Below are positions 21,112-29,519 of a stretch of 64,000 bases of DNA, in pieces (position 1 is the stretch's first letter; each line of letters begins with the position of its first letter). Source of the DNA: a virus (taxonomy: Duplodnaviria; Caudoviricetes); the IMG/VR virus record IMGVR_UViG_3300025740_000004, positions 1-64,000 of that record. One strand, 5' to 3'. The position numbers were made by a program, and so were the translations under genes. A model generated the notes under the pieces. It saw only the letters and a list, made by a program, of their open reading frames with translations, did no database searches and was not told the DNA's origin.

Positions 21112-21955
21112 ATACTGCTAAATGTGTATTTGAATTTTTATTTGATATTATAGAATCTCCAGCCTCTGCATATAAATCTGTAGAAACAGCAACAGCAGCA
21201 GACGTTCCTAATCTGTATCTAAATGGACCAAATCCAGTGAATTTACATTTAACATATGTACCAGAAGGAATAGCAATTCTTTGTGAAACACCTGCGGATA
21301 TCGATAGCTCATTAACTAAAGGATTTGATGCACTATATGTTGGTGTAAATACTGGTCCTAATAAATTTGACCAATCAGTTGCAGATACGGCACTCAAATC
21401 AGCTTTATTATTAAATTTATTCCAATCAGAACTTGTTAAAACTCCTGAAGTATTTGTAGACGCTATTGGCTTATTTGTCAATTGTTCCCAAGTAGACGCT
21501 CCAGTTCCAGACACCGAAACAGTTTCTGAAATAATTCTTTTAACTTCTTGAACACCGACACCAGACCCTCCAGCAACACCTCTAGGGCCTTGAGCACCAT
21601 CCTTTAAGTAAACTTCCCAGAGGTTATCTACAGACTTTCTATAGACGGTCCCATTCTTTCTGTACATCGCATTTGGTCCATATTCTAAAGGATTTGGATC
21701 AAAATTCTTCTCACCAAGGTATCCGTCAAATAATTGTTCAACTTTTTGAGAATTATCTTCACTTGAATCAAAGTCTACATCAAAGTCTTCTGTTATTTTC
21801 AAAGGTTTCTTTTCAATTTTTGTAGGTTTAATAACAGACTCATCAATCTTTTTAATATTAATTGATGGTTCTACTTTAACTTCCTTTTTACTTGGAACAT
21901 AATCTTTAGAAAATACTTCGTTAGCAAGTTTATCTAGTGATAATTTAATATTCAT
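21062..21955 (-). CDS. Fibre/decoration-like protein with shared anchor module
   Basis: KVEQLFDGYLGEKNFDPNP...GAQGPRG anchor. Fibre motifs WEQLTNKP and GVLTSSDWNKFNNK. Confidence 0.7.
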   Translation of the reverse strand: MNIKLSLDKLANEVFSKDYVPSKKEVKVEPSINIKKIDESVIKPTKIEKKPLKITEDFDVDFDSSEDNSQKVEQLFDGYLGEKNFDPNPLEYGPNAMYRKNGTVYRKSVDNLWEVYLKDGAQGPRGVAGGSGVGVQEVKRIISETVSVSGTGASTWEQLTNKPIASTNTSGVLTSSDWNKFNNKADLSAVSATDWSNLLGPVFTPTYSASNPLVNELSISAGVSQRIAIPSGTYVKCKFTGFGPFRYRLGTSAAVAVSTDLYAEAGDSIISNKNSNTHLAVYGISYGTVYVEGGSIG

Positions 21956-21977
21956 ATAAAATCCTATTTAAATATAT

Positions 21978-22661
21978 TTATGTCCAATCATTAAACGGAT
22001 CTCTTGGAGAACATTCTGTAGGAATTTGTTGATATAGATAATTAACTTTTTCTAGTTCAATTTGATCATCTATATCAAAAATATCTTCTACATTTATAAT
22101 TGTTTGAATTGGATCATTTGAAAGTCCTGAAAGTTCTGGTCCTAATGTATATCCTTTATCTCGGAAATTTTCTAAAAATAATGTATAAGTATGTTTTCCT
22201 TGTAAAAATATATCATCTTCTCTTTTTACCATATTAACTCTATAAAATTGTTTATTATACTTAGCATAAACAATATCACCAATTTTAGGTTCATATGCAG
22301 GATAAATTCCAGATGTTCCAGATGAGTCAAATTGAGAAACATAGTTATAATGAATAATTGAAATATATATAGGAAAATTGTCAGTACCTATAATTCCCAT
22401 CAATCCTACAGTTCTACCTTCATTTGGTAATTCATAATAAGCCATATAATCAAATGCCCTAGTAAGTGTCAAATTATTATTTTCTCCAAACAAAATATCT
22501 GGATTAGTCATGTCTAAAACATAATATCTCATCTGAACACCAAACTTATTATATGCTTCCATTTCTAATACATCATATAGCTCTCTTTCACAATCATATG
22601 CTGAAACACATTTTGTAAAGAAAGCATTTGGCATATCAGAATATTCAGTATAATTTGCCAT
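21978..22661 (-). CDS. gp14: Neck / head-completion protein, T4 gp14-like (paralogue A)
   Basis: ERELYDVLEMEAYNKFG, DILFGEN, EPKIGDIVY. Downstream of gp13. Confidence 0.72.
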   Translation of the reverse strand: MANYTEYSDMPNAFFTKCVSAYDCERELYDVLEMEAYNKFGVQMRYYVLDMTNPDILFGENNNLTLTRAFDYMAYYELPNEGRTVGLMGIIGTDNFPIYISIIHYNYVSQFDSSGTSGIYPAYEPKIGDIVYAKYNKQFYRVNMVKREDDIFLQGKHTYTLFLENFRDKGYTLGPELSGLSNDPIQTIINVEDIFDIDDQIELEKVNYLYQQIPTECSPRDPFNDWT

Positions 22662-22665
22662 AATT

Positions 22666-23106
22666 TTACATCAACATATCCGCAAAAGACATAGCATCAG
22701 CATCTTCTTTAGAAATCTTACCATCTTCTACCATCTTCTCTACTGGAATTTCTCTAGATACTGCTGTTCCATAAGAAACTCTTCCTTTCAAATTTCCACC
22801 AGCTTGAAAATGTGCTTCTAAAATTGCATTAGCTCTTTGTTCTTCATTCATTTCTTCTAAAGGAACTTTTTTTTGAATAGGTTTCTGAACAGGTTTTTGT
22901 TGAACTTGTTGTGTTGGTTTTTGAACTGGTTTTGAAACTGATTCTTTAATAGATGGTTTATATTCTTTTATAACATTTAATAAAGAAGAGATCTTAGATA
23001 ATGTTTCTGAATCTCCTTTAATAATTGTTACTAATTGAATTATATTGGAAATTGTTTTCTTATCGCCATTTTTAATTAATTCTGCTAAAAGTTTTTCTAA
23101 ATCCAT
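22666..23106 (-). CDS. Hypothetical protein
   Basis: In-operon ORF with a QKPVQ low-complexity linker. Confidence 0.65.
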   Translation of the reverse strand: MDLEKLLAELIKNGDKKTISNIIQLVTIIKGDSETLSKISSLLNVIKEYKPSIKESVSKPVQKPTQQVQQKPVQKPIQKKVPLEEMNEEQRANAILEAHFQAGGNLKGRVSYGTAVSREIPVEKMVEDGKISKEDADAMSFADMLM

Positions 23107-23108
23107 TT

Positions 23109-23864
23109 TTAACCTACCTGAAATTGAACTGGAAAAGATTCCATCTGCATATCATTTATTGTTTTTTCTTCTAAAGCTGTTCCACGATCTAACCATATTT
23201 GATAATTTATATTTCCGCCACCAGGAAGATTTATCGCATATTTTCCTAAATGAAATCCTAATTGTATCATAGACTTCGCTAATGCTAAATTTTTTACATG
23301 ATAACTGTTTAGGAGACTTTGCACTTCCTCTTTTTTCCAAACTAAAAGCATCGCAACACAGTCTACTTCAGGAGTCGGCCAAACTCTTAACATATGCGTA
23401 TTTGGAGAAAATTGGCAGGTATATTTCTTTTCGAAAAAATCTGATATTTCTTTTAGGTAAATCATTGAAATATTATATTCAGATAATGTATTCATTCCAC
23501 CTAAAGTTCTTGGACCAGCTAAACCTTGACCAGTTCCACCGACCAAAGTTCCATTCATAAATTGTGGATATAATAAATTATGCTGTGCCGTGAACAATTC
23601 ATTTATACTACCATTATTTGTAGAAAGTTTTATATCAACTACTGAATCAATTGCTGATGTTAATTGATATGCTGAAACATTTGCTGATAAATTTATTGTT
23701 AAAGCATCTCTGTAAGTACTTTCTCCATATGTATATCTATGAAAAGTTTGAATAGAGTCTTCAATAATCTGAACAAATTGAGTATCATCTATTTCAATAT
23801 TTGTTACAGGAGCACCCATTCTTAATTTTAAATAACTTATGAAATCTGAAACATTACTTATCAT
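23109..23864 (-). CDS. gp13: Neck protein, T4 gp13-like
   Basis: YLKLRMGAPVTNIEIDDTQ..IEDSIQ.F and LGKY..NLPGGGNIN motifs. Confidence 0.88.
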   Translation of the reverse strand: MISNVSDFISYLKLRMGAPVTNIEIDDTQFVQIIEDSIQTFHRYTYGESTYRDALTINLSANVSAYQLTSAIDSVVDIKLSTNNGSINELFTAQHNLLYPQFMNGTLVGGTGQGLAGPRTLGGMNTLSEYNISMIYLKEISDFFEKKYTCQFSPNTHMLRVWPTPEVDCVAMLLVWKKEEVQSLLNSYHVKNLALAKSMIQLGFHLGKYAINLPGGGNINYQIWLDRGTALEEKTINDMQMESFPVQFQVG

Positions 23865-25057
23865 TTATCACCAACCTTTTTCAAACTATTTTCTAAATCG
23901 TCTAAATTTAAATCATTTTCTAATTTTTTAATTATCTCTTTTTTATTCTTAAATTCTGTAGTAGTTCTTTTCATATATTTTAATAATTTGTTTATTGGAA
24001 TTTCTGGAGCGAACATTTTTGGATGATTTAGTTTAATAAAATAATCTACAAATTCATTCTCTACATCTTTTGGTCCTAAAAATGTTAAAGATCTATTAAA
24101 ATAATCTAAAAAGTGTTTATCAATTTCTCTTTCAAAATATTTTTTTAGATAGGAAAATAAATTAAAATTTTGAACTCTAATAGAATATGACAAAGCATCA
24201 AAATCTTTATCATTTGAAATTTTTAAAAGTTTTATTTTATTTTGTTTTATCAATTCATCTATTAAATTTTGGCTATAACCTTTTTCGATAGTATCAATTA
24301 ATCCTTTATCAGTATTTTTTTGTGTTTTATGATATCTAGCTTCAGTGTCTACAAATTCTTCACCAACAACTTTATAAGATTTTGGATTTAAGAAAACTGC
24401 TTGAGTTGGTTCTGATGGATGAATTGTTCCAGTACCATAATCAATTACAATATCATACCCAAGATCTATTAAAAGTTTTGTCCAAGCTACAGGATTATTT
24501 TTAGTTGGACCAAATACCTTTTTAAAATTTTTTCTAGAATAATAATCCATAGAAAGCATACGAGTAACATTCCATAAAGAACCAAAATTTGTTTGTTTTC
24601 TAGCAGCATCTTCCCAACGTTTGATGTATTTTTCTGGATCAGTTTTTATCTCAGGAGTATAATTACTAGAAGTCTTCATTATCTTTTCAATTTTTTTAAT
24701 TTGTCTTTCATATTCACTATCACTAATTTCATTTGAAAGAACTTTATTAGATAATTGTTTTAAAACTTTAATCTTATTAGGTTTTTGTTCACCTCTAAAT
24801 GGAACATCTTCTTCATCATATATAAAATCTAAAGGATATGTATAAACACCAATTGGAGTATCATATATAGATTTAGGATTTATACCAACTTTATCTTGAT
24901 ATACGAAAGTGACAAAAAGATTATCTGGTTTTTTAAAATTATCTTTTAAATAATCAAACCAAAGTTCTTTATTTTTAAGACCTACCGGAATATCTTCATT
25001 CAATAATTCTGATATATAATTTTCTAAAATATTCATGAAATTATTTATCCTTCTCAA
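23861..25057 (-). CDS. Hypothetical protein, possible internal virion protein with ADP-ribosyltransferase-like motifs
   Basis: GINPKS.YDTPIGVYTYP and LGYDIVID.G.G.IH..EPTQAVF. N-terminal LLNE motif. Confidence 0.45.
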   Translation of the reverse strand: MRRINNFMNILENYISELLNEDIPVGLKNKELWFDYLKDNFKKPDNLFVTFVYQDKVGINPKSIYDTPIGVYTYPLDFIYDEEDVPFRGEQKPNKIKVLKQLSNKVLSNEISDSEYERQIKKIEKIMKTSSNYTPEIKTDPEKYIKRWEDAARKQTNFGSLWNVTRMLSMDYYSRKNFKKVFGPTKNNPVAWTKLLIDLGYDIVIDYGTGTIHPSEPTQAVFLNPKSYKVVGEEFVDTEARYHKTQKNTDKGLIDTIEKGYSQNLIDELIKQNKIKLLKISNDKDFDALSYSIRVQNFNLFSYLKKYFEREIDKHFLDYFNRSLTFLGPKDVENEFVDYFIKLNHPKMFAPEIPINKLLKYMKRTTTEFKNKKEIIKKLENDLNLDDLENSLKKVGDK

Positions 25058-26541
25058 ATTTCCAAATAATAATTTTCATATTCGAATTGTTGTTCATCAT
25101 AATATTTTAATCTATTTTGTTCCCAATGTAAATATGTCCAATTTTTAAATTTCTTTCTACCATCCGAGTAAATTAAATTATCGACCACATCCCATAAAAT
25201 CATACATTCTTTTGATTCATGTTTTCTTAAACCTCTTCCTATAGATTGAAGAATTTTTATTTGAGATTTATAAGAAGAAAATAGAACAACATGATGAAGT
25301 TTTTTCACATTAGCTCCTGTAGAAAATGTCCCGTAAGATGCTACTAAAACTGCTCCAGATTCTTGTTCAAGTCTTTTTCTAATTTCTTCTCTAGCTTCAC
25401 CATCAGTTGCCCCATAAATTTCATAAACTTTTCTTTGTTTAAATTTTGATTCTATATACATTTTAACTTCTCTAAGATAATCAATTTTTGTAATAAGTAT
25501 CAAAACATTTTCTTCTGGTTTACATTGACTTATAATATAATCAATTGCTTTATATCTATCTTTATATGAATTTATATCATCGACTTCTTTTTGGTATGTA
25601 GATCTTCCATGTCTCATAGATTCTGGATATTTTAAAATCAAATTATTAATCTTTATATTTGAAATAACTCCTTTCTCTATAAGTTCGTGTGATTTAATTT
25701 TATGAATAACTTGTCCTAAATATCCTAAAACTGTATGTAAGTCTGCTTCATTTTGTGGTAAACTTCCAGTCAATCCTATACGAAAAGAACAGTTAAAACA
25801 TTTTTTTCCAATTTCTGATAAACTCTTTCCTTGCATAGAGTGAGCTTCGTCTACAATTAATGCATCATATTTTTCGAAAAATTCTCTAGGAAATTTGTAG
25901 ATAGATTGCCAAGTTGTTAGTAAAACATTTTTGGTTAAATCTATTTCTTTCCCTGAGTAATTTAAACAAACATTTTGAAATGCATTATCCCAACCATAAT
26001 CATTTTTGAAATCTGAAAATAATTGTTCTACTAAAGAAATATTTGGAACTATAATTAAAATCTTTTTCTTCTTAGCTATTAAATATCTGACTAAACAATA
26101 TATGATTAAAGATTTTCCAGAAGATGTTGCAAGATTTAAAATTCCTCTTCCAGCTTTGATTGCCCTTAATACAGCTTCTTGTTGATAATCTCTAGGAAAA
26201 ATATTCTTCTCTTGAGGAAACACAATCTCAAAAAATGATTGTAAAGTCTCTTCCGAGATACTATCACCAAAAGATTTCTTATCAAAGTCTAAAGAAACGT
26301 CATAACCTAATTTATCGCATATTAAGATTAAATTTGGTAAAAGACCTATCGGGAAATTTCCTTCACGATCTATGAAAGTCAACTTGCCATTCCATATTGA
26401 AAGCTTGTATCGGGGGTGGTGTTTATAATTATTTGCAAAGAAAGAAAGTTTAGGTGAAATTTCTCTATATTGAGTTTGATCTATATGCGCTTTGAAATAT
26501 ACTTCATCAGTTTTTGTAATTCTTATAATTTGTTTGTTCAT
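25054..26541 (-). CDS. uvsW: SF2 RNA-DNA/DNA helicase UvsW
   Basis: PRDYQ, ATSSGKS, DEAH, GLTGS, ASYGTFSTG, LQSIGRGLR. Confidence 0.92.
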   Translation of the reverse strand: MNKQIIRITKTDEVYFKAHIDQTQYREISPKLSFFANNYKHHPRYKLSIWNGKLTFIDREGNFPIGLLPNLILICDKLGYDVSLDFDKKSFGDSISEETLQSFFEIVFPQEKNIFPRDYQQEAVLRAIKAGRGILNLATSSGKSLIIYCLVRYLIAKKKKILIIVPNISLVEQLFSDFKNDYGWDNAFQNVCLNYSGKEIDLTKNVLLTTWQSIYKFPREFFEKYDALIVDEAHSMQGKSLSEIGKKCFNCSFRIGLTGSLPQNEADLHTVLGYLGQVIHKIKSHELIEKGVISNIKINNLILKYPESMRHGRSTYQKEVDDINSYKDRYKAIDYIISQCKPEENVLILITKIDYLREVKMYIESKFKQRKVYEIYGATDGEAREEIRKRLEQESGAVLVASYGTFSTGANVKKLHHVVLFSSYKSQIKILQSIGRGLRKHESKECMILWDVVDNLIYSDGRKKFKNWTYLHWEQNRLKYYDEQQFEYENYYLEI

Positions 26542-26585
26542 TATATTTTCTCAAGTTTTATATAGTTATTTAGTATGAACATAAA

Positions 26586-26671
26586 TTAAAAATCCCAAAA
26601 GTAAAACTTCTAGGATTTTTTGCGCCGTTCTTCTGAGTGAACCAATGACAATACTCTGAAAATTATCATCT
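26586..26671 (-). ncRNA. Putative small RNA B (late promoter to terminator, about 85 nt)
   Basis: TATAAATA at 26677-26684, terminator hairpin at 26588-26620, no credible ORF. Confidence 0.45.
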
Positions 26672-26688
26672 ATAACTATTTATAAAAC

Positions 26689-26772
26689 TAAAAATGACTC
26701 CCAGAGAAATCTCCAAAAGTCATCCGAAAGGAACAATGAACCACAAGAGACAAGTAGAATAAATCTACCATC
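26689..26772 (-). ncRNA. Putative small RNA A (late promoter to terminator, about 84 nt)
   Basis: ATAAATA at 26778-26784, terminator hairpin at 26694-26723 with T run. Confidence 0.4.
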
Positions 26773-26791
26773 AAAATTATTTATGTAACTT

Positions 26792-27214
26792 TTACTTTTC
26801 TCCTAAAATTTCATCTTCAACATCTGGATTAAGTTCTGGCTCGGGTTCTATTTCAAACGATGGAACCAAATCTCTATCAACTTTATCTTTCAAAATCTTC
26901 AAACTATTTCCAATTTCTCCAACAGATTTCTTTATAGTAGAATCAAATTTTTCTTTATTCTTACTTGCTGAAATTGTTTTTAACTTTGCTTTTATTTTTT
27001 GAATAGCTACTTCGGCCTTTCTAAGATCTTCCGTAACTTTTCCATTTCCATCTACATTTGATTTATTAGACATATCATAAAAAGCATCTGATAAATTTTC
27101 AAATACAGAAGAATATAATTCAAAAACTTCTTTAGATAATTCTATTTCAGAAGCTTCGTTTAATAATCTTTTCTCTTCTACTTTCTCTTCTAAGTATTTT
27201 AATAGATTTTCCAT
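26792..27214 (-). CDS. Hypothetical protein (possible internal head protein)
   Basis: GGAG RBS, ATAAATA box, LLNEA motif. Confidence 0.65.
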   Translation of the reverse strand: MENLLKYLEEKVEEKRLLNEASEIELSKEVFELYSSVFENLSDAFYDMSNKSNVDGNGKVTEDLRKAEVAIQKIKAKLKTISASKNKEKFDSTIKKSVGEIGNSLKILKDKVDRDLVPSFEIEPEPELNPDVEDEILGEK

Positions 27215-27280
27215 TTCTTAAACTCCATTTATCAATATTTATCAGATTTATTTTTAATTAAATTTATAATTTTAGATATA

Positions 27281-27313
27281 AAAAATGCTAGTAAAATTTA
27301 ATACTAGCATTTT
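27281..27313. terminator. Hairpin terminator
   Basis: AAAATGCTAGTA...TACTAGCATTTT. Confidence 0.55.
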
Positions 27314-27321
27314 GATGTATT

Positions 27322-27828
27322 TTATGATGCAAAAATCGTGGGAAGGTAAAGTTTCAAATAGTCTTTCCCTTTTGATGTTAATTTTCCTTCAGTAATTAGA
27401 CCATTTTTTTCAAGAGTTTCATCAATTTCTACAGTTTCATTTATCATAGATTCTGCAATAAAACAATTGTAAAGAGTTCTAAAAGATTTTGGAGAAAGTG
27501 ATAATTCAGATTCTTTAATTTCTTTCTTCATAGTTACTACAACATTTCCAGAAGTAACTTTGTCTTGTTCTTCTCCGAGTTCTGCAATAGCTCTATTAAT
27601 AGCATCTCTTTTATCTTTTGCCGAACCTTCCCAAACTTGTTCTCCATTATTAGTAATTACGAAAACTTCCATATTACTCTTTTCATCTACTTGATCAACA
27701 GTTTCTACACCAGTATCAGTTTGTGTAAATTCTGGTTTAACTGAAGTGATACCAAGCATTCCAACTTCTTCACCTAAAAGATTTTCTACAAGCGACTTAA
27801 TATTATTTCCCATTTTTAGATTCCTCAT
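27322..27828 (-). CDS. Hypothetical protein
   Basis: In-operon ORF. Likely start MGNNIK. Confidence 0.65.
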   Translation of the reverse strand: MRNLKMGNNIKSLVENLLGEEVGMLGITSVKPEFTQTDTGVETVDQVDEKSNMEVFVITNNGEQVWEGSAKDKRDAINRAIAELGEEQDKVTSGNVVVTMKKEIKESELSLSPKSFRTLYNCFIAESMINETVEIDETLEKNGLITEGKLTSKGKDYLKLYLPTIFAS

Positions 27829-28099
27829 CTGTGTTTGGATTATTTATCTTTTGAGGAAACTTTTGCCCAATTTCCTCTACTACATATACAAAAGAATTAT
27901 CAATCTTATTATTCAATTGTTCTAATTCAGTTTTAATATAAGTATCTGCTGCCATTCTTCCTAAAGTTTCTGGATCTATTGATTGATTTTGTGAATAGAT
28001 TTCTCCAGCAATTTGTACAAGAATTTCTACAACTGTCTTATCTTTTGTTTTAATTTCTTTTCCTGTCTCTTTAGTAAAAAATGTTTTGAACTTATTCAT
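27803..28099 (-). CDS. Hypothetical protein, apparently leaderless
   Basis: ATG 5 nt after ATAAATA (28105-28111). Confidence 0.6.
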   Translation of the reverse strand: MNKFKTFFTKETGKEIKTKDKTVVEILVQIAGEIYSQNQSIDPETLGRMAADTYIKTELEQLNNKIDNSFVYVVEEIGQKFPQKINNPNTDEESKNGK

Positions 28100-28107
28100 G
28101 AAATTAT

Positions 28108-28518
28108 TTATCTTTCAGCTTCTAAGAACTTTCTCCAATCTATATAATTTCTAATTGCAAAAGAAAGATTCTTAACATTTTCTAAAGTTTGTTCTAAGAA
28201 AGTTACAATCTCCTGTTGATCATTTATATCTGAAACTATCCTTTGATAAGAAATATCTGAAAACATTTGATTCTCTATTTCATGTTTATTTTCTAATCTT
28301 ATATCTGAATTAAATTTAAGATTCCTATATAAATCAGCATACTTAATATCTTTTTTCAATTTCATATTCTGTAAAACTTTATGTTCCTTTATAAACAATT
28401 TCAGAAAAGTGTCATATATCAAAGGAACTTCAGATAACTTTCCTTGGAAATTATCTTCATTGAAAAATAATTTCTTCTCTGCTATAATTTTAATCTGTTC
28501 AAATTCTTGATTGGTCAT
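28108..28518 (-). CDS. uvsY: Recombination mediator UvsY
   Basis: C-terminal SFAIRNYIDWRKF motif. AAGGA RBS before MTNQEF. uvsW and uvsX are in the window. Confidence 0.8.
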   Translation of the reverse strand: MTNQEFEQIKIIAEKKLFFNEDNFQGKLSEVPLIYDTFLKLFIKEHKVLQNMKLKKDIKYADLYRNLKFNSDIRLENKHEIENQMFSDISYQRIVSDINDQQEIVTFLEQTLENVKNLSFAIRNYIDWRKFLEAER

Positions 28519-28537
28519 GTTTAAATTCCTTCTAGAG

Positions 28538-29011
28538 TTATTTAGTTTGTTCAAGTTGTTGATCAAAAATTTGAAGGAACTCATCTTGATTGGAAAAGTT
28601 TGAATTTAACACTTGATTCAAAACATTCAAAGATTTTAAGTTATGCTCAAATTCTGGTTTAGAGACGTTTTGAGAGTGATCAAATTCTGAAGGAGACTTT
28701 CTAGGTAAAATTGATTTAGATCGATTACAAGGCTTCTTAGGCAGATTGTAGGTAACAGTTATTAGTCTCTTTAATGCATTAGCTTTTTCTTTAGAAAGAT
28801 TAACTTTTATTATTTCAGTTTTAATTAAATTTTGTTCCTTTAGTGATAAAAACTCTGAAAATGAAAAATTTGAATAAAAATATCTATTACTGAAAGCATA
28901 ATTAAAATGATGATAGTTATAGTTACATCCAACTTTTACTGAAATAATTTTATTAATATCAATTTGTCTTAAGACGAAAACATAATAATCATTTATAGTG
29001 AAAAATTCCTT
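28538..29011 (-). pseudogene. 157-codon open frame lacking a canonical start, degenerate GIY-YIG-like
   Basis: KEFFTINDYYVFVLRQID..KVG...EIIKVNLSKEKANALKRLI. In-frame TAA immediately upstream. Confidence 0.4.
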
Positions 29012-29039
29012 TTAAGTAATTATTCAACTTAAAAATTAA

Positions 29040-29480
29040 CGAAAATGAAGAACTGGAAATCTGACTGTAAGGAAGATTTTTAGTTCTTCGCGCAGCTTGA
29101 TCAAAATTGTAGAAATATTTTTAAATAAAATTTTGATCAAAGAATCTATTTCCAGATTAATTTATTTTGTCTGAATCGACTGAAAGGAGATTCATGCGAG
29201 TCAACGAGCATTGTAGAAAATATTTAAATTTAAAAGTATTAAACTAATTTATTCCAAAATGATGATAATTTAAAGTTATTATTCAATCTCCTGCGGAGAG
29301 AATTTTATTTTTCCACTGCGCTACAAAATAAAATTCATTTTAAACATTTCTTTAATTTAAATTCTTTTCTACAAAACATTTAAATTTATTTGTATTAAGA
29401 GAAAGTTTTATTTAAAGTAATTATTTCAATTTGTATATGTTTTGATCAATATCGCTCGATGCATCGCGATCTAAAGAGTT
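29040..29480. other. Putative replication origin: palindrome cluster at the strand switch
   Basis: Two hairpins with loop GACTG(T/A)AAGGA, 12 bp inverted repeat TTGATCAAAATT, CG-rich mini-palindromes in very AT-rich non-coding DNA. Confidence 0.45.
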
Positions 29481-29519
29481 TGATTTAATTTTTGATTGAA
29501 TAATTTTTTAGAAATTTAT

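Larger units (their letters stand above)
17138..21752. repeat. Tandem direct repeat copy 2
   Basis: Appears identical to 12470-17084. Confidence 0.95.

Noticed and set aside
12216-21748. Anchor repeats as diversity-generating retroelement TR/VR or shufflon sites
   Set aside because: Differences are mostly synonymous and not adenine-specific. The repeats are direct. No reverse transcriptase or site-specific recombinase is present in the window.
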